In this document: positions 41,686 through 55,723 of the stretch, in pieces
Layout of the letters: each line of letters starts with the position of its first letter
How positions within the stretch are numbered: the stretch's first letter is position 1
Assembly: GCA_964057225.1 (NCBI GenBank)
Contig: OZ059896.1
Location: 1,798,001 to 1,862,000, forward strand
Reading direction: 5' to 3'
DNA: 64,000 nt
DNA from: Auanema rhodensis
Taxonomy: Eukaryota; Animalia; Nematoda
Translations under genes and position numbers: made by a program
The notes under the pieces: model-generated
The model's database searches: none
Seen by the model: the letters and a program-made list of their open reading frames with translations, nothing else
Told to the model about the DNA's origin: nothing

Positions 41686-44493
41686 TCACCGTGAAGAATT
41701 AATTTTTTTGTTGAATAACAATGTCCATCGTCTTTGTCTTGAAAAAAGGAATCTAAAAACATCTACTTTTTGTGAAATTATTTTGAAATTTTTCGGGAAA
41801 ATGTTTGTCAAAATGTTTTTGGAAGCAATGTTGAGTGTACATGGAAACTCAACATACACTAATGCATCATTTTTCAAACGATCATAACTAATTTTTGTAT
41901 TGAGCGTTTCTCCATGTAGTATAGTGCATTCGATGCGGATTTTTAAGCTGCGTCGATCTGTGTTATCAGATTTGCGCTAGCTTGAAAATGCACCGAGATA
42001 TCAACTGATATAGGTTCACACTTATATCCTCGATTTTCACCGTGAAGAATTAATTTTTTTGTTGAATAACAATGTCCATCGTCTTTGTCTTGAAAAAAGG
42101 AATCTAAAAACATCTACTTTTTGTGAAATTATTTTGAAATTTTTCGGGAAAATTTTTGTCAAAATGTTTTTGGAAGCATTGTTGAGTGTACATGGAAACT
42201 CAACATACACTAATGCATCATTTTTCAAACGATCATAACTAATTTTTGTATTGAGCGTTTCTCCATGTAGTATAGTGCATTCGATACGGATTTTTAAGCT
42301 GCGTCGATCTGTGTTATCAGATTTGCGCTAGCTTGAAAATGCACCGAGATATCAACTGATATAGGTTCACACTTATATCCTCGATTTTCACCCTGAAGAT
42401 TTAATTTTTTCGTTGAATAACATTGTCCATCGTCTTTGTCTTGAAGAAAGGAATCTAAAAACATCTACTTTTTGTGAAATTATTTTGAAATTTTTCGGGA
42501 AAATTTTTGTCAAAATGTTTTTGGAAGCAATGTTGAGTGTACATGGAAACTCAACATACACTAATGCATCATTTTTCAAACGATCATAACTAATTTTTGT
42601 ATTGAGTGTTTCCCAATGTAGTATAGTGCATTCGATGTGGATTTTTAAGCTGCGTCGATCTGTGTTATCAGATTTGCGCTAGCTTGAAAATGCACCGAGA
42701 TATCAACTGATATAGGTTCACACTTATATCCTCGATTTTCACCGTGAAGAATTCATTTTTTTGTTGAATAACAATGTCCATCGTCTTTGTCTTGAAAAAA
42801 GGAATCTAAAAACATCTACTTTTTGTGAAATTATTTTGAAATTTTTCGGGAAAATTTTTGTCAAAATGTTTTTGGAAGCATTGTTGAGTGTACATGGAAA
42901 CTCAACATACACTAATGCATCATTTTTCAAACGATCATAACTAATTTTTGTATTGAGCGTTTCTCCATGTAGTATAGTGCATTCGATGCGGATTTTTAAG
43001 CTGCGTCGATCTGTGTTATCAGATTTGCGCTAGCTTGAAAATGCACCGAGATATCAACTGATATAGGTTCACACTTATATCCTCGATTTTCACCGTGAAG
43101 AATTAATTTTTTTGTTGAATAACAATGTCCATCGTCTTTGTCTTGAAAAAAGGAATCTAAAAACATCTACTTTTTGTGAAATTATTTTGAAATTTTTCGG
43201 GAAAATGTTTGTCAAAATGTTTTTGGAAGCAATGTTGAGTGTACATGGAAACTCAACATACACTAATGCATCATTTTTCAAACGATCATAACTAATTTTT
43301 GTATTGAGCGTTTCTCCATGTAGTATAGTGCATTCGATGCGGATTTTTAAGCTGCGTCGATCTGTGTTATCAGATTTGCGCTAGCTTGAAAATGCACCGA
43401 GATATCAACTGATATAGGTTCACACTTATATCCTCGATTTTCACCGTGAAGAATTAATTTTTTTGTTGAATAACAATGTCCATCGTCTTTGTCTTGAAAA
43501 AAGGAATCTAAAAACATCTACTTTTTGTGAAATTATTTTGAAATTTTTCGGGAAAATTTTTGTCAAAATGTTTTTGGAAGCATTGTTGAGTGTACATGGA
43601 AACTCAACATACACTAATGCATCATTTTTCAAACGATCATAACTAATTTTTGTATTGAGCGTTTCTCCATGTAGTATAGTGCATTCGATACGGATTTTTA
43701 AGCTGCGTCGATCTGTGTTATCAGATTTGCGCTAGCTTGAAAATGCACCGAGATATCAACTGATATAGGTTCACACTTATATCCTCGATTTTCACCCTGA
43801 AGATTTAATTTTTTCGTTGAATAACATTGTCCATCGTCTTTGTCTTGAAGAAAGGAATCTAAAAACATCTACTTTTTGTGAAATTATTTTGAAATTTTTC
43901 GGGAAAATTTTTGTCAAAATGTTTTTGGAAGCAATGTTGAGTGTACATGGAAACTCAACATACACTAATGCATCATTTTTCAAACGATCATAACTAATTT
44001 TTGTATTGAGTGTTTCCCAATGTAGTATAGTGCATTCGATGTGGATTTTTAAGCTGCGTCGATCTGTGTTATCAGATTTGCGCTAGCTTGAAAATGCACC
44101 GAGATATCAACTGATATAGGTTCACACTTATATCCTCGATTTTCACCGTGAAGAATTCATTTTTTTGTTGAATAACAATGTCCATCGTCTTTGTCTTGAA
44201 AAAAGGAATCTAAAAACATCTACTTTTTGTGAAATTATTTTGAAATTTTTCGGGAAAATTTTTGTCAAAATGTTTTTGGAAGCATTGTTGAGTGTACATG
44301 GAAACTCAACATACACTAATGCATCATTTTTCAAACGATCATAACTAATTTTTGTATTGAGCGTTTCTCCATGTAGTATAGTGCATTCGATGCGGATTTT
44401 TAAGCTGCGTCGATCTGTGTTATCAGATTTGCGCTAGCTTAAAAATGCACCGAGATATCAACTGATATAAGTTCACACTTATATCCTCGATTT
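41686..44493. repeat. Higher-order duplication of 4 monomers (1404 bp x 2)
   Basis: Barcodes at 41686/42037/42388/42739 equal those at 43090/43441/43792/44143. gaattC (EcoRI site) at 42749 and 44153; tcgatAcgg in 42037 and 43441. Confidence 0.9.
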
Positions 44494-47400
44494 TCACCCT
44501 GAAGAATTAATTTTTTTGTTGAATAACAATGTCCATCGTCTTTGTCTTGAAAAAAGGAATCTAAAAACATCTACTTTTTGTGAAATTATTTTGAAATTTT
44601 TCGGGAAAATTTTTGTCAAAATGTTTTTGGAAGCAATGTTGAGTGTACATGGAAACTCAACATACACTAATGCATCATTTTTCAAACGATCATAACTAAT
44701 TTTTGTATTGAGCGTTTCTCCATGTAGTATAGTGCATTCGATGCGGATTTTTAAGCTGCGTCGATCTGTGTTATCAGATTTGCGCTAGCTTGAAAATGCA
44801 CCGAGATATCAACTGATATAGGTTCACACTTATATCCTCGATTTTCACCGTGAAGAATTAATTTTTTCGTTGAATAACAATGTCCATCGTCTTTGTCTTG
44901 AAAAAAGGAATCTAAAAACATCTACTTTTTGTGAATTTATTCTGAATTTTTTCGGGAAAATGTTTGTCAAAATGTTTTTGGAAGCAATGTTGAGTGTACA
45001 TGGAAACTCAACATACACTAATGCATCATTTTTCAAACAATCATAACTAATTTTTGTATTGAGCGTTTCTTAATGTAGTATAGTACATTCGATGCGGATT
45101 TTTAAGCTGCGTCGATCTGTGTTATCAGATTTGCGCTAGCTTAAAAATGAACCGAGATATCAACTGATATAGGTTCACACTTATATCCTCGATTTTCACC
45201 GTGAAGAATTAATTTTTTTGTTGAATGACAATGTCCATCGTCTTTGTCTTGAAAAAAGGAATCTAAAAACATCTACTTTTTGTAAATTTATTCTGAAATT
45301 TTTCGGGAAAATGTTTGTCAAAATGTTTTTGGAAGCAATGTTGAGTGTACATGGAAACTCAACATACACTAATGCATCATTTTTCAAACGATCATAACTA
45401 ATTTTTGTATTGAGCGTTTCTCCATGTAGTATAGTGCATTCGATGCGGATTTTTAAGCTGCGTCGATCTGTGTTATCAGATTTGCGCTAGCTTGAAAATG
45501 CACCGAGATATCAACTGATATAGGTTCACACTTATATCCTCGATTTTCACCGTGAAGAATTAATTTTTTCGTTGAATAACAATGTCCATCGTCTTTGTCT
45601 TGAAAAAAGGAATCTAAAAACATCTACTTTTTGTGAATTTATTTTGAAATTTTTCGGGAAAATGTTTGTCAAAATGTTTTTGGAAGCAATGTTGAGTGTA
45701 CATGGAAACTCAACATACACTAATGCATCATTTTTCAAACAATCATAACTAATTTTTGTATTGAGTGTTTCCCAATGTAGTATAGTGCATTCGATGTGGA
45801 TTTTTAAGCTGCGTCGATCTGTGTTATCAGATTTGCGCTAGCTTAAAAATGCACCGAGATATCAACTGATATAAGTTCACACTTATATCCTCGATTTTCA
45901 CCCTGAAGAATTAATTTTTTTGTTGAATAACAATGTCCATCGTCTTTGTCTTGAAAAAAGGAATCTAAAAACATCTACTTTTTGTGAAATTATTTTGAAA
46001 TTTTTCGGGAAAATTTTTGTCAAAATGTTTTTGGAAGCATTGTTGAGTGTACATGAAAACTCAACATACACTAATGCATCATTTTTCAAACGATCATAAC
46101 TAATTTTTGTATTGAGTGTTTCCCAATGTAGTATAGTGCATTCGATGTGGATTTTTAAGCTGCGTCGATCTGTGTTATCAGATTTGCGCTAGCTTGAAAA
46201 TGCACCGAGATATCAACTGATATAGGTTCACACTTATATCCTCGATTTTCACCGTGAAGAATTAATTTTTTTGTTGAATAACAATGTCCATCGTCTTTGT
46301 CTTGAAAAAAGGAATCTAAAAACATCTACTTTTTGTGAAATTATTTTGAAATTTTTCGGGAAAATTTTTGTCAAAATGTTTTTGGAAGCATTGTTGAGTG
46401 TACATGGAAACTCAACATACACTAATGCATCATTTTTCAAACGATCATAACTAATTTTTGTATTGAGCGTTTCTCCATGTAGTATAGTGCATTCGATGCG
46501 GATTTTTAAGCTGCGTCGATCTGTGTTATCAGATTTGCGCTAGCTTGAAAATGCACCGAGATATCAACTGATATAGGTTCACACTTATATCCTCGATTTT
46601 CACCGTGAAGAATTAATTTTTTTGTTGAATAACAATGTCCATCGTCTTTGTCTTGAAAAAAGGAATCTAAAAACATCTACTTTTTGTGAAATTATTTTGA
46701 AATTTTTCGGGAAAATTTTTGTCAAAATGTTTTTGGAAGCATTGTTGAGTGTACATGGAAACTCAACATACACTAATGCATCATTTTTCAAACGATCATA
46801 ACTAATTTTTGTATTGAGCGTTTCTCCATGTAGTATAGTGCATTCGATACGGATTTTTAAGCTGCGTCGATCTGTGTTATCAGATTTGCGCTAGCTTGAA
46901 AATGCACCGAGATATCAACTGATATAGGTTCACACTTATATCCTCGATTTTCACCCTGAAGATTTAATTTTTTCGTTGAATAACATTGTCCATCGTCTTT
47001 GTCTTGAAGAAAGGAATCTAAAAACATCTACTTTTTGTGAAATTATTTTGAAATTTTTCGGGAAAATTTTTGTCAAAATGTTTTTGGAAGCATTGTTGAG
47101 TGTACATGAAAACTCAACATACACTAATGCATCATTTTTCAAACGATCATAACTAATTTTTGTGATGAGCGTTTCTCCATGTAGTATAGTGCATTCGATG
47201 CGGATTTTTAAGCTGCGTCGATCTGTGTTATCAGATTTGCGCTAGCTTAAAAATGCACCGAGATATCAACTGATATAAGTTCACACTTATATCCTCGATT
47301 TTCACCGTGAAGAATTAATTTTTTTGTTGAATAACAATGTCCATCGTCTTTGTCTTGAAAAAAGGAATCTAAAAACATCTACTTTTTGTGAAATTATTTT

Positions 47401-48705
47401 GAAATTTTTCGTGAAAATTTTTGTCAAAATGTTTTTGGAAGCATTGTTGAGTGTACATGGAAACTCAACATACACTAATGCATCATTTTTCAAACGATCA
47501 TAACTAATTTTTGTATTGAGCGTTTCTCCATGTAGTATAGTGCATTCGATGCGGATTTTTAAGCTGCGTCGATCTGTGTTATCAGATTTGCGCTAGCTTG
47601 AAAATGCACCGAGATATCAACTGATATAGGTTCACACTTATATCCTCGATTTTCACCGTGAAGAATTCATTTTTTTGTTGAATAACAATGTCCATCGTCT
47701 TTGTCTTGAAAAAAGGAATCTAAAAACATCTACTTTTTGTGAAATTATTTTGAAATTTTTCGGGAAAATTTTTGTCAAAATGTTTTTGGAAGCATTGTTG
47801 AGTGTACATGGAAACTCAACATACACTAATGCATCATTTTTCAAACGATCATAACTAATTTTTGTATTGAGCGTTTCTCCATGTAGTATAGTGCATTCGA
47901 TGCGGATTTTTAAGCTGCGTCGATCTGTGTTATCAGATTTGCGCTAGCTTGAAAATGCACCGAGATATCAACTGATATAGGTTCACACTTATATCCTCGA
48001 TTTTCACCGTGAAGAATTAATTTTTTCGTTGAATAACAATGTCCATCGTCTTTGTCTTGAAAAAAGGAATCTAAAAACATCTACTTTTTGTGAATTTATT
48101 CTGAAATTTTTCGGGAAAATGTTTGTCAAAATGTTTTTGGAAGCAATGTTGAGTGTACATGGAAACTCAACATACACTAATGCATCATTTTTCAAACAAT
48201 CATAACTAATTTTTGTATTGAGCGTTTCTTAATGTAGTATAGTACATTCGATGCGGATTTTTAAGCTGCGTCGATCTGTGTTATCAGATTTGCGCTAGCT
48301 TAAAAATGAACCGAGATATCAACTGATATAGGTTCACACTTATATCCTCGATTTTCACCGTGAAGAATTAATTTTTTTGTTGAATGACAATGTCCATCGT
48401 CTTTGTCGTGAAAAAAGGAATCTAAAAACATCTACTTTTTGTAAATTTATTCTGAAATTTTTCGGGAAAATGTTTGTCAAAATGTTTTTGGAAGCAATGT
48501 TGAGTGTACATGGAAACTCAACATACACTAATGCATCATTTTTCAAACGATCATAACTAATTTTTGTATTGAGCGTTTCTCCATGTAGTATAGTGCATTC
48601 GATGCGGATTTTTAAGCTGCGTCGATCTGTGTTATCAGATTTGCGCTAGCTTGAAAATGAACCGAGATATCAACTGATATAGGTTCACACTTATATCCTC
48701 GATTT

Positions 48706-50811
48706 TCACCGTGAAGAATTAATTTTTTTGTTGAATAACAATGTCCATCGTCTTTGTCTTGAAAAAAGGAATCTAAAAACATCTACTTTTTGTGAAATTA
48801 TTTTGAAATTCTTCGTGAAAATTTTTGTCAAAATGTTTTTGGAAGCATTGTTGAGTGTACATGGAAACTCAACATACACTAATGCATCATTTTTCAAACG
48901 ATCATAACTAATTTTTGTATTGAGCGTTTCTCCATGTAGTATAGTGCATTCGATGCGGATTTTTAAGCTGCGTCGATCTGTGTTATCAGATTTGCGCTAG
49001 CTTGAAAATGCACCGAGATATCAACTGATATAGGTTCACACTTATATCCTCGATTTTCACCGTGAAGAATTAATTTTTTTGTTGAATAACAATGTCCATC
49101 GTCTTTGTCTTGAAAAAAGGAATCTAAAAACATCTACTTTTTGTGAAATTATTTTGAAATTTTTCGGGAAAATTTTTGTCAAAATGTTTTTGGAAGCATT
49201 GTTGAGTGTACATGGAAACTCATCATACACTAATGCATCATTTTTCAAACGATCATAACTAATTTTTGTATTGAGTGTTTCCCAATGTAGTATAGTGCAT
49301 TCGATGTGGATTTTTAAGCTGCGTCGATCTGTGTTATCAGATTTGCGCTAGCTTAAAAATGCACCGAGATATCAACTGATATAAGTTCACACTTATATCC
49401 TCGATTTTCACCCTGAAGAATTAATTTTTTTGTTGAATAACAATGTCCATCGTCTTTGTCTTGAAAAAAGGAATCTAAAAACATCTACTTTTTGTGAAAT
49501 TATTTTGAAATTTTTCGGGAAAATTTTTGTCAAAATGTTTTTGGAAGCAATGTTGAGTGTACATGGAAACTCAACATACACTAATGCATCATTTTTCAAA
49601 CGATCATAACTAATTTTTGTATTGAGCGTTTCTCCATGTAGTATAGTGCATTCGATGCGGATTTTTAAGCTGCGTCGATCTGTGTTATCAGATTTGCGCT
49701 AGCTTGAAAATGAACCGAGATATCAACTGATATAGGTTCACACTTATATCCTCGATTTTCACCGTGAAGAATTAATTTTTTTGTTGAATAACAATGTCCA
49801 TCGTCTTTGTCTTGAAAAAAGGAATCTAAAAACATCTACTTTTTGTGAAATTATTTTGAAATTCTTCGTGAAAATTTTTGTCAAAATGTTTTTGGAAGCA
49901 TTGTTGAGTGTACATGGAAACTCAACATACACTAATGCATCATTTTTCAAACGATCATAACTAATTTTTGTATTGAGCGTTTCTCCATGTAGTATAGTGC
50001 ATTCGATGCGGATTTTTAAGCTGCGTCGATCTGTGTTATCAGATTTGCGCTAGCTTGAAAATGCACCGAGATATCAACTGATATAGGTTCACACTTATAT
50101 CCTCGATTTTCACCGTGAAGAATTAATTTTTTTGTTGAATAACAATGTCCATCGTCTTTGTCTTGAAAAAAGGAATCTAAAAACATCTACTTTTTGTGAA
50201 ATTATTTTGAAATTTTTCGGGAAAATTTTTGTCAAAATGTTTTTGGAAGCATTGTTGAGTGTACATGGAAACTCATCATACACTAATGCATCATTTTTCA
50301 AACGATCATAACTAATTTTTGTATTGAGTGTTTCCCAATGTAGTATAGTGCATTCGATGTGGATTTTTAAGCTGCGTCGATCTGTGTTATCAGATTTGCG
50401 CTAGCTTAAAAATGCACCGAGATATCAACTGATATAAGTTCACACTTATATCCTCGATTTTCACCCTGAAGAATTAATTTTTTTGTTGAATAACAATGTC
50501 CATCGTCTTTGTCTTGAAAAAAGGAATCTAAAAACATCTACTTTTTGTGAAATTATTTTGAAATTTTTCGGGAAAATTTTTGTCAAAATGTTTTTGGAAG
50601 CAATGTTGAGTGTACATGGAAACTCAACATACACTAATGCATCATTTTTCAAACGATCATAACTAATTTTTGTATTGAGCGTTTCTCCATGTAGTATAGT
50701 GCATTCGATGCGGATTTTTAAGCTGCGTCGATCTGTGTTATCAGATTTGCGCTAGCTTGAAAATGCACCGAGATATCAACTGATATAGGTTCACACTTAT
50801 ATCCTCGATTT
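48706..50811. repeat. Higher-order duplication of 3 monomers (1053 bp x 2)
   Basis: aattCttcgTg in 48706/49759 and actcaTcat in 49057/50110 are not seen elsewhere in the window. Confidence 0.9.
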
Positions 50812-53800
50812 TCACCGTGAAGAATTAATTTTTTCGTTGAATAACAATGTCCATCGTCTTTGTCTTGAAAAAAGGAATCTAAAAACATCTACTTTTTGTG
50901 AATTTATTCTGAATTTTTTCGGGAAAATGTTTGTCAAAATGTTTTTGGAAGCAATGTTGAGTGTACATGGAAACTCAACATACACTAATGCATCATTTTT
51001 CAAACAATCATAACTAATTTTTGTATTGAGCGTTTCTTAATGTAGTATAGTACATTCGATGCGGATTTTTAAGCTGCGTCGATCTGTGTTATCAGATTTG
51101 CGCTAGCTTAAAAATGAACCGAGATATCAACTGATATAGGTTCACACTTATATCCTCGATTTTCACCGTGAAGAATTAATTTTTTTGTTGAATGACAATG
51201 TCCATCGTCTTTGTCTTGAAAAAAGGAATCTAAAAACATCTACTTTTTGTAAATTTATTCTGAAATTTTTCGGGAAAATGTTTGTCAAAATGTTTTTGGA
51301 AGCAATGTTGAGTGTACATGGAAACTCAACATACACTAATGCATCATTTTTCAAACGATCATAACTAATTTTTGTATTGAGCGTTTCTCCATGTAGTATA
51401 GTGCATTCGATGCGGATTTTTAAGCTGCGTCGATCTGTGTTATCAGATTTGCGCTAGCTTGAAAATGAACCGAGATATCAACTGATATAGGTTCACACTT
51501 ATATCCTCGATTTTCACCGTGAAGAATTAATTTTTTCGTTGAATAACAATGTCCATCGTCTTTGTCTTGAAAAAAGGAATCTAAAAACATCTACTTTTTG
51601 TGAAATTATTTTGAAATTTTTCGTGAAAATTTTTGTCAAAATGTTTTTGGAAGCATTGTTGAGTGTACATGGAAACTCAACATACACTAATGCATCATTT
51701 TTCAAACGATCATAACTAATTTTTGTATTGAGCGTTTCTCCATGTAGTATAGTGCATTCGATGCGGATTTTTAAGCTGCGTCGATCTGTGTTATCAGATT
51801 TGCGCTAGCTTGAAAATGCACCGAGATATCAACTGATATAGGTTCACACTTATATCCTCGATTTTCACCGTGAAGAATTCATTTTTTTGTTGAATAACAA
51901 TGTCCATCGTCTTTGTCTTGAAAAAAGGAATCTAAAAACATCTACTTTTTGTGAAATTATTTTGAAATTTTTCGGGAAAATTTTTGTCAAAATGTTTTTG
52001 GAAGCATTGTTGAGTGTACATGGAAACTCAACATACACTAATGCATCATTTTTCAAACGATCATAACTAATTTTTGTATTGAGCGTTTCTCCATGTAGTA
52101 TAGTGCATTCGATGCGGATTTTTAAGCTGCGTCGATCTGTGTTATCAGATTTGCGCTAGCTTGAAAATGCACCGAGATATCAACTGATATAGGTTCACAC
52201 TTATATCCTCGATTTTCACCGTGAAGAATTAATTTTTTTGTTGAATAACAATGTCCATCGTCTTTGTCTTGAAAAAAGGAATCTAAAAACATCTACTTTT
52301 TGTGAAATTATTTTGAAATTTTTCGGGAAAATTTTTGTCAAAATGTTTTTGGAAGCATTGTTGAGTGTACATGGAAACTCAACATACACTAATGCATCAT
52401 TTTTCAAACGATCATAACTAATTTTTGTATTGAGCGTTTCTCCATGTAGTATAGTGCATTCGATGCGGATTTTTAAGCTGCGTCGATCTGTGTTATCAGA
52501 TTTGCGCTAGCTTGAAAATGCACCGAGATATCAACTGATATAGGTTCACACTTATATCCTCGATTTTCACCCTGAAGATTTAATTTTTTCGTTGAATAAC
52601 ATTGTCCATCGTCTTTGTCTTGAAGAAAGGAATCTAAAAACATCTACTTTTTGTGAAATTATTTTGAAATTTTTCGGGAAAATTTTTGTCAAAATGTTTT
52701 TGGAAGCATTGTTGAGTGTACATGAAAACTCAACATACACTAATGCATCATTTTTCAAACGATCATAACTAATTTTTGTGATGAGCGTTTCTCCATTTAG
52801 TATAGTGCATTCGATGAGGATTTTTAAGCTGCGTCGATCTGTGTTATCAGATTTGCGCTAGCTTAAAAATGCACCGAGATATCAACTGATATAAGTTCAC
52901 ACTTATATCCTCGATTTTCACCGTGAAGAATTAATTTTTTTGTTGAATAACAATGTCCATCGTCTTTGTCTTGAAAAAAGGAATCTAAAAACATCTACTT
53001 TTTGTGAAATTATTTTGAAATTTTTCGGGAAAATTTTTGTCAAAATGTTTTTGGAAGCATTGTTGAGTGTACATGAAAACTCAACATACACTAATGCATC
53101 ATTTTTCAAACGATCATAACTAATTTTTGTATTGAGCGTTTCTCCATGTAGTATAGTGCATTCGATGCGGATTTTTAAGCTGCGTCGATCTGTGTTATCA
53201 GATTTGCGCTAGCTTGAAAATGCACCGAGATATCAACTGATATAGGTTCACACTTATATCCTCGATTTTCACCGTGAAGAATTAATTTTTTTTTTGAATA
53301 ACAATGTCCATCGTCTTTGTCTTGAAAAAAGGAATCTAAAAACATCTACTTTTTGTGAAATTATTTTGAAATTTTTCGGGAAAATTTTTGTCAAAATGTT
53401 TTTGGAAGCATTGTTGAGTGTACATGGAAACTCAACATACACTAATGCATCATTTTTCAAACGATCATAACTAATTTTTGTATTGAGCGTTTCTCCATGT
53501 AGTATAGTGCATTCGATGCGGATTTTTAAGCTGCGTCGATCTGTGTTATCAGATTTGCGCTAGCTTGAAAATGCACCGAGATATCAACTGATATAGGTTC
53601 ACACTTATATCCTCGATTTTCACCCTGAAGATTTAATTTTTTCGTTGAATAACATTGTCCATCGTCTTTGTCTTGAAAAAAGGAATCTAAAAACATCTAC
53701 TTTTTGTGAAATTATTTTGAAATTTTTCGGGAAAATTTTTGTCAAAATGTTTTTGGAAGCATTGTTGAGTGTACATGAAAACTCAACATACACTAATGCA

Positions 53801-54321
53801 TCATTTTTCAAACGATCATAACTAATTTTTGTGATGAGCGTTTCTCCATGTAGTATAGTGCATTCGATGCGGATTTTTAAGCTGCGTCGATCTGTGTTAT
53901 CAGATTTGCGCTAGCTTAAAAATGCACCGAGATATCAACTGATATAAGTTCACACTTATATCCTCGATTTTCACCCTGAAGAATTAATTTTTTTGTTGAA
54001 TAACAATGTCCATCGTCTTTGTCTTGAAAAAAGGAATCTAAAAACATCTACTTTTTGTGAAATTATTTTGAAATTTTTAGGGAAAATTTTTGTCAAAATG
54101 TTTTTGGAAGCATTGTTGAGTGTACATGAAAACTCAACATACACTAATGCATCATTTTTCAAACGATCATAACTAATTTTTGTGATGAGCGTTTCTCCAT
54201 GTAGTATAGTGCATTCGATGCGGATTTTTAAGCTGCGTCGATCTGTGTTATCAGATTTGCGCTAGCTTGAAAATGCACCGAGATATCAACTGATATAGGT
54301 TCACACTTATATCCTCGATTT

Positions 54322-54671
54322 TCACCCTGAAGATTTAATTTTTTCGTTGAATAACATTGTCCATCGTCTTTGTCTTGAAAAAAGGAATCTAAAAACATCT
54401 ACTTTTTGCGAAATTATTTTGAAATTTTTCGAAAAAGTTTTGTCAAAATGTTTTTGGAAGCAATGTTGAGTGTACATGAAAACTCAACATACACTAATGC
54501 ATCATTTTTCAAACGATCATAACTAATTTTTGTATTGAGCGTTTCTCCATGTAGTATAGTGCATTCGATGCGGATTTTTAAGCTGCGTCGATCTGTGTTA
54601 TCAGATTTGCGCTAGCTTAAAAATGCACCGAGATATCAACTGATATAAGTTCACACTTATATCCTCGATTT
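54322..54671. repeat. 350-bp deletion-variant monomer (further copies at 55023, 58181, 61690, 63093)
   Basis: tttttcgaaaaagttttgtc replaces tttttcgggaaaatttttgtc (net -1 bp). ORF spacing across each copy is 701 instead of 702. Confidence 0.93.
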
Positions 54672-55723
54672 TCACCCTGAAGAATTAATTTTTTTGTTGA
54701 ATAACAATGTCCATCGTCTTTGTCTTGAAAAAAGGAATCTAAAAACATCTACTTTTTGTGAAATTATTTTGAAATTTTTAGGGAAAATTTTTGTCAAAAT
54801 GTTTTTGGAAGCATTGTTGAGTGTACATGAAAACTCAACATACACTAATGCATCATTTTTCAAACGATCATAACTAATTTTTGTGATGAGCGTTTCTCCA
54901 TGTAGTATAGTGCATTCGATGCGGATTTTTAAGCTGCGTCGATCTGTGTTATCAGATTTGCGCTAGCTTGAAAATGCACCGAGATATCAACTGATATAGG
55001 TTCACACTTATATCCTCGATTTTCACCCTGAAGATTTAATTTTTTCGTTGAATAACATTGTCCATCGTCTTTGTCTTGAAAAAAGGAATCTAAAAACATC
55101 TACTTTTTGCGAAATTATTTTGAAATTTTTCGAAAAAGTTTTGTCAAAATGTTTTTGGAAGCAATGTTGAGTGTACATGAAAACTCAACATACACTAATG
55201 CATCATTTTTCAAACGATCATAACTAATTTTTGTATTGAGCGTTTCTCCATGTAGTATAGTGCATTCGATGCGGATTTTTAAGCTGCGTCGATCTGTGTT
55301 ATCAGATTTGCGCTAGCTTAAAAATGCACCGAGATATCAACTGATATAAGTTCACACTTATATCCTCGATTTTCACCCTGAAGAATTAATTTTTTTGTTG
55401 AATAACAATGTCCATCGTCTTTGTCTTGAAAAAAGGAATCTAAAAACATCTACTTTTTGTGAAATTATTTTGAAATTTTTAGGGAAAATTTTTGTCAAAA
55501 TGTTTTTGGAAGCATTGTTGAGTGTACATGAAAACTCAACATACACTAATGCATCATTTTTCAAACGATCATAACTAATTTTTGTGATGAGCGTTTCTCC
55601 ATGTAGTATAGTGCATTCGATGCGGATTTTTAAGCTGCGTCGATCTGTGTTATCAGATTTGCGCTAGCTTGAAAATGCACCGAGATATCAACTGATATAA
55701 GTTCACACTTATATCCTCGATTT

